DNA of 63,999 nucleotides, the filler included, from Sphacelaria rigidula (lineage: Eukaryota), in NCBI GenBank assembly GCA_964200075.2. It is 4 parts of 4 records of this genome, joined end to end, with 100 filler letters (N's around TTAATTAATTAA, not from the genome) between each part and the next. Parts side by side here need not be neighbours in the genome. Positions count along the whole stretch, not along the records: positions 48,193 to 63,999 come from CAXNAA020001583.1; 3 more parts are not named here. One strand, given 5' to 3'. Of this stretch, positions 51,401 to 60,938 are shown piece after piece. Below the pieces are notes generated by a model that was not told where the DNA came from, ran no database searches, and was given only the letters and a program-made list of their open reading frames with translations. The position numbers and the translations under genes are program-made. How positions within the stretch are numbered: the first letter of the stretch is position 1; each line of letters begins with the position of its first letter.

Positions 51401-54400
51401 CGACAGCAATAGCCATACATTTCGACAGGCGTCGTCACGGCCTAGGGAAGTGCCCGCTATCCTGTGCAAAACAAGAACGTAACCCACTGAAGGTGGACAT
51501 GCGCCTTTTATTGTGGTCGCAAGTGGGGACAAGATATCGGCACCACAGCGGCGCAACACTCCCACACAGTTCGTCGGCACCGTTGAAGTAATCGTACGTG
51601 CTATCGTCGGTGCGGATATCTTGTGGCACCCATGTGTTCCGTCCACGGGCATACGGAACACGGATGTATAAACGATATAGCAGACATGAAACGATTTGAT
51701 CCACGCTTCTTTCGCCCAACATGCAGGCGAGATTCCGTCGTGGCTGGGACAGCTGAAGAAGCTGTTCCTGCTTGACATCAGCGATAACGAGCTCAGCGGT
51801 GAGTCTCTCAAACGCGTCCTAGTGTGCGGGAGCAGGGCCGATACCCGACCTCCCTTCAATAGTGCCAGTCCGGGTCCCGTTGATGTCCTGCGGCACTGTG
51901 TTCCGTCCACGTGCAGGCGAAACACAGTTGTAAAAGCCATATAGCAGACATGATGCGATATGATCCACACTCTTTTCGCCCAACATGCAGGCGAGATACC
52001 ATCGTCGCTGCGACAGCTGAAGAACCTGCAGCATCTTTACTTCAACAATATCCAGCTCAGCGGTGAGTCTCTCGAACGCGTCCTAGTGTGCGGTAGCAGG
52101 GTCGATACCCGAACTCCCTCGAATAGTGCCAGTCCAGGTACCATTGATGTCCTGCGGCACTGTGTTCCGTCCACGTGCAGGCGGAACAGAGTTGTAAAAG
52201 CCATATAGCAGACATGATGCGATATGATACACGCTCCTTTCGCCCAACATGCAGGCGAGATACCGTCGTCGCTGGGACAGCTGGAGAACCTGAAGCGTCT
52301 GTACCTCAGCTTTAACCAGCTCAGCGGTGAGTCTCTCAAACGCGTCCTAGTGTGCGGAAGCAGGGCCGATACCCGAACTCCCTCGAATAGTGCCAGTCCA
52401 GGTACCATTGAAGTCCTGCGACACTGTGTCCCGTCCACGTGTAGGCGTAACACACTTGTAGAAACGATATAGCAGACATGATGCGATATGATCCACGCTC
52501 CTTTCGCCCAACATGCAGGCGAGATACCGTCGTCGCTAGGACAGCTGGAGAACCTGCAGGATTGTCTCCTTAACTCTAACCAGCTCAGCGGTGAGTCTCT
52601 CCAAGGCGTCCTAGTGTGCGGAAGAAGGGCCGATACCCCAACTCCCTCGAATAGTGCCAGTCCGGGTCCCATTGAATTCTTGCGGCACTGTTTTCCGTCC
52701 TGGTTCAGCCGAAACACAGTGGTGGAAACGATATAGTAGACATGAAACGATTTGATCCACGCTCCTTTTGCCCAACATGCAGGCGAGATACCGTCGTCGC
52801 TGAGACAGCTGAAGGAGCTGAACCTGCTTTCCCTCAGCAATAACCAGCTCAGCGGTGAGTCTCTCCAAGGCGTCCTAGTGTGCGGAAGCAGGGCCGATAA
52901 CCGAACTCCCACGAATAGTGCCAGTCCGGGTCCCGTTGATGTCGTGCGACACTGTGTTTCGTTCACGTTCAGGCCAAACATGGAACGTTTTGATCCACGC
53001 TTCTTTCGCCCAACATGCAGGCGAGATACCGTCGTGGCTGGAACAGCTTCGAATGCTGAGCCTGATTGACCTCAGCAATAACCAGCTCAGCGGTGAGTCT
53101 CTCAACGGCGTCCTAGTGTGCGGAAGCAGGGCCGATACGCGAACTCCCTCGAATAGTGCCAGTCCGGGTCCCGTTGAAGCCCTGCGACACTGTGTATAAC
53201 AGACATGATGCGGTTTAATCCATGCTCCTTTCGCCCAACATGCAGGCGAGATACCGTCGTCGCTGGGACCTTCGTGGAACCTGAGGCGTGTTTTCCTCGG
53301 CAATAACGAGCTCAGCGGTGAGTCTCTCAAACGCGTCCTAGTGTGTGAAAGCAGGGCCGATATTCGAACTCCCTCGAATAGTGCCAGTCCGGGTCCCGTT
53401 GATGTCCTGCGGCACTGTGTTTCGTCCACGTGTAGGCGAAACACAGTTGTACAAACGATATAGCAGACATGGTGCGATGTGATCCACGCTCCTTTCGCCC
53501 AACATGCAGGCGAGATACCGTCGGCGCTGGGACAGCTGAAGAACCTGCAGCATCTTGGCCTCAGCTTTAACCAGCTCAGCGGTGAGTCTCTCAACCGCGT
53601 CCTGGTGTGCGGAAACGGGGCCGATATTCGAACTCCCTCGAATAGTGCCAGTCCGCGTCCCGTTGATGTCCTGCGGCACTGTTTTCCGATCCTGGTGCAG
53701 GCAAAACACAGTTGTAGAAACGATATAGCAGACATGATGCGATATGATCCACGCTTCTTCCGCCCAACATGCAGGCGAGATACCGTCGTCGCTGGGACAG
53801 CTGGAGAACCTGATCGAGCTGGACCTCAGCAATAACCAGCTCAGCGGTAAGTCTTTTGAACGCGTTCTAGTGTGCGGAAGGAGGGCCGATACCCCAACTC
53901 CCTCGAATAGTGGCAGTCCGGCCACTGATGTCCTGTGGCACTGTGTCCCGTTCACGTGCAGGCGAAACACAGTTGTAGAAACGATATAGCAGACATGATG
54001 CGATATGATCCACGCTCCTTTCGCCCAACATGCAGGCGAGATACCGTCGTCGCTGGGACAGCTGGAGAACCTGATCGAGCTTGACCTCAGCAATAACCAG
54101 CTCAGCGGTAAGTCTCTTGAACGCGTCCTAGTGTGCGGAAGCAGGGCCGATACCAGAACTCCCTCTGAAAGTGCCCGTCCGGGTCCCGTGGATGCTTGCG
54201 GCACTGTGTCCCGTCCACGTGCAGGCGGAACACTGTTGTAGAAACGATAGGAGGCACGATGCCAGGACGGCCGATATTAGAACTCCCAGTGGTGAAACCC
54301 CCCTGTCTTGAACAAAGCAGAAGGTACGTCAACCTGAGAACGAATTCAACCCCGAACAGCAATATGAACCGTGATCCGCACATCGGATTAATCGTCCGAG

Positions 54401-57400
54401 GTGGGGACATGTGCCAGCCGTTAGAAACGTTGAGTCAATATTTTGTTGTTGATTCAACTCCATGTCCAGTAATCGTCAGGGAAATGGTATGTATAGATGC
54501 AAGCAATCAGACACAGTCAAGGTAGTAACAGTAGTAGCAGCATATGTGCAACCAAGAGAAGGATCTCGTTTAGTGTTCCTTCTGAAAACACTTCCACCAC
54601 ATTCCACGTATATCTAGGTGATTCCATTGGGGGGTAGGGGGGGTGAACAACTTGAGAAATCAATCAAGTTCTTTTGCGGTACGTGATGTAAGTTCTAACC
54701 CTAACTCTAGGACATGGTATGAAGAACCGCCGGTGTAGATATTGGGAAATGAAACAGCTTTTTTTTGTTCAGTGTCCTCTTCCTTTTCCAAATTTTTTCG
54801 TGATGATCTTCCGCCTCATCTCAATTTTCCCCCCAATTTTCATAACTTCGCCCGTGTTGGTTTAAGTGTAAAGATGTCGAAGCATGCGGTGGAATCGAAT
54901 TCACTCGTTGCTGATTCGTCCACGCCATACCTTTCCTTCGACGGTTGGGAATATGACTGCCGTGAACCCGCCGGGTACGAGGAAAATCGATTTCACCGTC
55001 ACTCTCGAGTCGAAAACAATCAGATGAGACACGGCGTCAATCTCGAGAAGGAGGAGGGTTTGCCGAGAAAAAATAGGTGTCCATTTTTTTCATATAATCC
55101 GCCCCCAGGCTCGCCAAGCTCGCATTGTTCGGGGGTGCAGGGCCGATATTCCACCTCTTTGTAACACGCCAACTTCTGAGCGAAGCTACGGTAGAGGTTT
55201 ACTTTTGTTTTAGGTTGAATTGTTGAAAGCCTTTTATATAGCGCCGGGATAACCGTTGTAATATGCAGGGAATCCCCGTGCCGCTCAACCAACAACAAAT
55301 TGCTTTTCTCATCCACGTGTATCGCGGCAAAGATGATAAATTTCTGGTCACTTGGTGAATCAGGAGGGCGCAATTTCATTTCCTGCATGAGTTTCATATT
55401 AATGACTCACCAGCTTCATGCCTTTGACGAAGACGTCCACATTGCGAGAACATTCATTGAAAGCATGAGATGGCATCCAACCGAATGCAGGATGGAAGAT
55501 GGTTTTCAGCATGTTTACACCGTTACTGCATTTGAGGACCCGTGCTGCCGCCACACGCACGTCTTGGATTGCGCGTTATACGTTGGCTGTTGACAAAAAC
55601 GCTTCTATATCTACAATGTTTTTTTGGTTCAGTTCAATTTGTTGGAGCAGGTGGAATAGGACCTCAGCGTGAAAGCAGCCTGGAATTACGTTTGGCACAG
55701 GGGTAGACCACAATACAGACGTTTTGATCACGGTTCGATGTTCGAGGGTTCTTGAGGACCACCCTCAGAAAGTGATACATGCTCAACTTCGAAATGCCAT
55801 GTTCCTTGTACAACCGTCGTTCCCACGCGTGTGTGAGTCGGCAATTGGTCAAACGTTTCCTCCGCCTCCGGCTACCTTCATTTGATGTTTTTTTTCAAGC
55901 CGAGGAGTAAAAGCCGAAGCCCGCGTTCTCCTCCTGAAGTGTAGAGATATCTCCTACCACATCTGGCCTACGACCTGCGCTGTGTCCTTAACTGAGACTT
56001 TGAAATGCATGATCCCTGAGCGAGCTGGTGTATCTTCCATCTCGACGAAAACCTTCTAACGGGGATGGGGAGTTGCCTGGGCATCTTCGGCGGAGCACTC
56101 AGCATGATATTTCCGTCGTTTGAATGTCCTCGTTGTGCTTCTTTTTTCACGCTCCATTTATTCCCCAGGATCCTTGTAGGATCTGAAAACTGTTGGCAGG
56201 CGGATAATACTTCACTGATGCAAGCCCTCGTCTGCCCGACCGGATCCCACCGTTGCACTCCGGCCTGTACTCTCACCAGGGATCGGTGAAAAAAGATGTG
56301 TTGCGACTGATTGACAGACCATCCTTGAGAATTAGATTGAAGAACAACCCGTGGATCATGCCGCCGGGGGCCGTGGTGGAGGAGGGGCTCGAGGCGGTGA
56401 AAGCGTACCTCGTGGACGTCCAAGCGGCCAAGAATGCCGGGGCTGATGTCACGTCCCTCAGTCTTCTGAAAGTTGTCTTGGTGGGATCGGCTTCGGCTGG
56501 AAAGACTAGGTAAGTTACTCTGCGAGACAAATGCCCGCTGGTACGCAGCTTCATATAACGGATGGATAGCTGGACAACTCTACTTTTTCTGAATGTATTG
56601 GAACGTGGGCTACTTGATTTCATGACGAGACTGCATAGGCAGCGACTTGTGACATGTGCCAGTCCGGTTGCAGCCTTGTGCCACGGCGTGAAGATGGAGG
56701 CTGGCTGAGGGAGATGTATCCCGTACGAAGATGGCCGCGAATGCGGAAATTTTGTTGCAGATACTTGAACGAACCACAGTTCTTTGACCACATGTTGGAT
56801 GGGGTTTTTCTTCGCGCTGTTGCGGACATTTCGTATACCACCACCATATCCCACCCTCGTGAAAGCGCCGACCCATCGCACCCCCCTCGTGTCGCCGTGT
56901 TGAACGGTTGCAGTTTGATGCAGAGCATTATCGCGGGTTGTGGCTCCCCAACGACGGGGACAACAGCAGAGGCGAGTACAGTTGGGGTGGAACTACACCC
57001 TCACCAGCTCGAGGACACAGCAGTTGAGTTCTTTGACTGCGCTGGGCAGGTCGACTACGCCGGAATGCATCAGACATTCCTTACCCGACAAGCGCTGTAC
57101 CTGCTCGTGGTGGATGTTACGAAGTTCAACGCGGGGATTCCCGATGAGGTGGGCCGACTGAATTCGTTGTGTACCGTGATTTTTGATGCTCGTATCTATC
57201 CGTGGATGATGTCACTGCAGACCTTGTAGATAAACGAATGTGCCACACCCCAGATGCTTCAAGATATCATGTGAAAAACATGGGGAACGCTTGGCCGAGC
57301 AAGGTAGACTTGGCGTGAAGACTAATGCCCGTCAAATACCTGTTGGTGCAGGTAATCCACGAAGACATCATGCGGTGGCTGTACTACCTATACCTTCGGG

Positions 57401-60054
57401 CGCCAGGGTCCACCGTGATCCTCGTGGCCAACAAGTGTGACGGCTCGGTCGATGATTTCGCCGACACTGTGAAAAAGGTCCACATCAGGGTACGGGATCT
57501 GTTGGATGAATGGCACGAGAACCGTGGTCTTGGAGGCCAGTGTAGCGGCCGTGTTACGGACTTGAATATTCTTCCACGCATAAGTCGTGTGAGCTGCGAC
57601 GCCAGAGGCTCCCCGGAGGCTTCGGGTCTTCCCGTGCTGGTAGACCTGATTTTGAAGCAGGCTGCTACGTCCATCCGCGTGCCTCCCGCATGGGACCTTG
57701 CCCTCGAGATGATCAAGGACCTGAGAGCTAGTCGCGATCCAGTACAGGCTGCTCGGGAGAGGCTGGGGTTGTCGAACACGCCCCCGACCGACGGCGTCGG
57801 GAATTCGCACGCTTCACCCTTCATCTCGAAGGACGAGCTTTCCCTGAAGTGGAAACACGTCGTGGAAAATGTTCGAGGCGATGTACCGGAGGCGACTGTT
57901 TCTAACTGGGATAGTGCTCTGAACGGTGCACTATGGATAAGGTGTGTCCATCGTAGGTTGGTGGAGAACTGTTGGTTGTTACCCAACCCAGACCGAAAGC
58001 CAGTTTTGGTGCAAGTGGCTTGATTGGAACCAGTTTTCCACCTTCACTTTTTCGTATTGTTTTCCTTCGCCCACACACACACACATGCCCTGTTCGCTCT
58101 ATCCTGCTTTTGTCTTCAGTGATTTCGCGGGGCACACACTCCGCATTGATGGTGGTGACGGCATCTTCCTGGACGTGCTGTGGCTTTCGAAGGTCTTGAA
58201 CCCTATCGTGAGCCACAAGATACGTAATAGACGGTTCTACCACGAGCGGCTGCCAATGAAACGGAAGCTGGTCGAGGACAAGATTTTGCAACCCGAGTTC
58301 GCCCTTCATCTTTGGGACATGGACACCGATCGTGTACCGCTGCGGCCGGAGGTCAAGAGAGCACTCTTTCGCACTCTCGTCAAGCTAGGTGTTGCTATCC
58401 CCCTCGGGTGCTCAGCCTACGGGGACAGCAATGAACCGGGAGATATGCTGGTTATCATGAGGCTCGAAGAAAAGTGCGATGATGATAAGCAAAGGCTGTT
58501 TGAACACAGCCTTGCCAACGATAAGCAACCAGGTGACAGCGAAGTGACTCTCAAGTGGGAATTCGACAAGGCGGGCCCCCCGCAGGGGTTAGTAGAGCGG
58601 TTAATATCCTCCTGCCATGTACTCGGCGAGGTCGACGCGAGAGTGTGCTGGAGATATGGAGCTGCATTTAAATGTCGCCGGAAGGAACGTAGTGGCAAAG
58701 GGAAGCGTTCGTTATTCACGGTTGCTCTCAGCAGGGCGAGCTACAGCGGTCATGAGCTAGAGTTCACGGCGAGGGTAGTGGGGCCGCTTGAAAATGCGAG
58801 GGTCTGGGCAGCAATCCGCTACGTGGCATCTGGCATGCTCACCTTGTCCAAGGAGTGGCCTGGAGTACTGTGGGAGGCATGGCCAGTGTGTACGGAGGAC
58901 CACGCCAAGAAAGTGTACCTGGCGTCGTCGGTACGAACATGCAGTGTCGCTGTGACAGCTTGTGTTATTATTCTCCGCTCTTCGGGTTTAACACCGGAGA
59001 TCGATTTACTCATCGTCGCACTTGGACTGACCCCCACGCGGGGATCCCAACGGCGGTCGCATGATGTATGTAGCCGAGGCAGCGAAATCCAAACACCGCT
59101 GGAAAATTCAGGGAGTAAAAGAAATACACGATGCAGAGTGAACTGTGGAAACGAGGAGGAATAACTTGGCATGTCCGCTCTTTGCCGTGTATGGTAACAA
59201 GTCCCTTTTGCCTGACGGGTTTTTGCAGGCCGCGCTCGGCTACCTCCTGCTTCCCGCTGCAGCCCCAGATGCGATGAGCGACGAGTGGTGCGAATGCTTG
59301 TTGGAGTCGAGAGGTGTGCTCGCGCATGTTCGCGAAAAACTGGGCGTCGTAGTTGACACAAGAGAAGGTGTGGGCAGAGTTGGTCTTGGCTTGATTCGCG
59401 TTGAGGCTGGTATGGCAACGACGACAATGCCTTCTGATATGACGAAGGCCTATATTAGTGTAAAACCAGTATCTCGTTCGCATCCTTTTCGACTGTTCTG
59501 TGTGTGCAAACGTGACTAGAGTTCACAGCACGTTTTACCGAATGATCACACCCCGCTTGCTGTCCTCAATAGATCCATTCGATGGCGAGCAAGACGAGCC
59601 GGTGGAATCCCCAGAAGACGAGCTGGGGGAACCCCCAGAAGACGAGCCGGGGGAATCCCCAGAAGACGAGCCGGGGGAACCCCCAGAAGACGAGCCGGGG
59701 GAACCCCCAGAAGACAAGCCGGGGGAACCCCCAGAGGGCGATGGGACCGGTGCGACGAGCACCTGCGCGGCCGAAACGTTCGAACGATGGGTGCCGCACG
59801 CGTGGGATACCGCAAAAGGGCTCTTTGGCCTTGCCGTGACAGTGTTTTTAGGAGCAGTCGTGGTAGGCATAGTGGAAGATGAGAATACCCTGTGGAAGAC
59901 TTGTTTGGCGGTTATGGTTCTCCTGGTCGTATTGGCTGTATGTGCTGCAGCTATCGCGTGCAAATTCCCGAGCCGCCGAGAAGCTTGTGACGAGGAAAGG
60001 CGAAGGGGAGGCCAGCAGGGGAGGCCCGAGAATGATGCTGCCGCCATGGCATGA
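48405..60054 (+). CDS. LRR-ROC-COR (ROCO) GTPase with two C-terminal TM helices, ~1140 aa. Exons: 48405-48558, 49625-49696, ten LRR exons (51727-51798, 51991-52062, 52255-52326, 52519-52590, 52783-52854, 53021-53092, 53246-53317, 53510-53581, 53775-53846, 54036-54107), 56280-56509, 56914-57148, 57352-57941, 58120-58930, 59229-59367, 59573-60054
   Basis: LRR N-cap MASTDRDLL...WEGVTFNDQGRVVELDL; 24-aa plant-type LRRs; NNPW..PP..VV..G..AV..YL hinge; P-loop KVVLVGSASAGKT/S; switch I STVGVE; G3 FFDCAGQVDY..MHQTFL; G4 VILVANKCD; COR region IFLDVLWLSKVL...PPQGLVERLI. All junctions are phase-compatible except LRR10 to 56280 (1-nt mismatch). Confidence 0.9.
49179..49230 (+). pseudogene. Degenerate LRR pseudo-exon
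   Basis: CAG|GT CGT AC- CCC CCT GAA TTG AGG GAT GCG TCT CTT GAA CTG TTA reads GR[I]PPELRDASLELL with a 1-nt deletion and no donor. Confidence 0.55.
49846..49917 (+). pseudogene. Intact 72-nt LRR exon with a mutated donor (CTGAGT instead of GTGAGT)
   Basis: TGCAG|GA CAC ATA CCA... encodes GHIPSKLGDLDALEHLDASVNKLN; positions 49918-49923 read CTGAGT. Confidence 0.75.
50553..51189. mobile_element. piggyBac-like non-autonomous element in a ROCO intron
   Basis: Homologous (reverse) to both ends of 36750-37820; termini CCCCTTTTGGGGC / GGTCCCGCGGGGGTTGA. Confidence 0.65.
51610..54250 (+). repeat. Tandem array of 10 exon-intron cassettes (72-nt LRR exon + ~192-nt intron)
   Basis: Exon-start spacings are 264, 264, 264, 264, 238, 225, 264, 265 and 261. 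Acceptor GCCCAACATGCAG|GCGAGAT and donor CTCAGCG|GT(G/A)AGTCT are conserved. Confidence 0.97.
56016..56062 (+). pseudogene. Frameshifted LRR remnant
   Basis: CTG AGC GAG CTG GTG TAT CTT c CAT CTC GAC GAA AAC CTT CTA ACG G reads LSELVYL/HLDENLLTG; no GT donor follows. Confidence 0.6.
59590..59735 (+). repeat. Coding 24-nt minisatellite, ~6 copies (EDEPGEPP)
   Basis: GAAGACGAGCCGGGGGAA(C/T)CCCCA repeats within the last ROCO exon. Confidence 0.9.
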
Positions 60055-60246
60055 CCTTTGAAGCCTCATTGAATGCACGGTACAGCTGTAAGTATGTTTC
60101 ACCGGGAGCTATTTTCTCAGTGCTTTTCGTTGTGCGGTCAAGTCATGTGGCGATGCCGCTGCTGGGCCAAAAGTGCGCACTTAGTAGCCCAAATGACTGG
60201 GAGGCGCAGTCACAGCGAATATGCTCTCACCTTCTAGAACTTCGGA

Positions 60247-60264
60247 TTAGGGTTAGGGTTAGGG
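60247..60264 (+). repeat. (TTAGGG)3 interstitial telomere-like repeat
   Basis: Seen directly. Confidence 0.6.
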
Positions 60265-60487
60265 CAATGCACAACGTTTTCGTGAGATTGAAAAAAGGAT
60301 GACTGAGAGAGATGAGCTCAAATAAAAAAGGAATAATATCAGTGCCAAAATCCCCCTCCTACACGCTTTCGGCAGTAGCTTGCCGCTGAAGCCCTCTAAA
60401 TGTTCGAGTAGGATATTGACGTGTAGCTGTATGGACACGCCAGTGTCGCAGTCGAAACATCATTGAATGTAAAATTCGCCACATTAA

Positions 60488-60938
60488 AACACGGGATCTT
60501 ACAAATTGAGGATGAGAAACCGGGAGAATTGAAATCTTCGTATCCACACCAGATCTTCGAAATGTGATTCCATTTCGTCACCTCATCGCTGTTGGCTACT
60601 GCAACACGCCATGATAATTCGGATGTCGATCATTGACATGTTGGGGTCCTATGGAAAAGTATATATTTCGGAACCATTTTGGCGTCCGTTCGTACACACG
60701 GATATGCCGAAATTGGTGTTTCACCTGGGACCTCACCATTTCGGTGATTAAAACCCAAATTTATATAGTATGTTACAGTCGTCAGTAGGTGAAGTGGAAC
60801 CACGTCAGTAGGTGAAATGGAATTACATCAGCAGTTTAATGGTACCACATTTCGAAGATATGGTATGGATACGAAGGTCAACAAAATCCGGCTTTCTCCC
60901 CAATACAAAATCTATCCTTATTTTGTAAGCTCCCGTGT
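60488..60938. mobile_element. Foldback MITE, copy 2 of the 27126-27568 family
   Basis: Same termini; the internal asymmetric core is inverted relative to copy 1. Confidence 0.8.

Noticed and set aside
52037-54204. Long antisense ORFs (314, 286, 288 aa) over the LRR array
   Set aside because: By-product of a 264-bp (88-codon) repeat lacking stops in one reverse frame. The sense-strand splice signals and LRR pattern explain the sequence.
51696-54241. Separate ~82-aa ORFs starting MIHAPFAQHAGEIP
   Set aside because: They are exon plus intron read-through of each cassette, not independent genes.
51610-54250. CRISPR-like appearance (conserved repeats with variable inserts)
   Set aside because: The variable parts are homologous LRR codons bounded by splice sites, units are ~264 bp, and no cas genes are present.
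54618-54678. Possible further degenerate LRR or adaptor exon (TAG|GTGATTCCATTG...GCG|GTACGT)
   Set aside because: 61 nt, stop codon in the required phase, and only faint LRR similarity.
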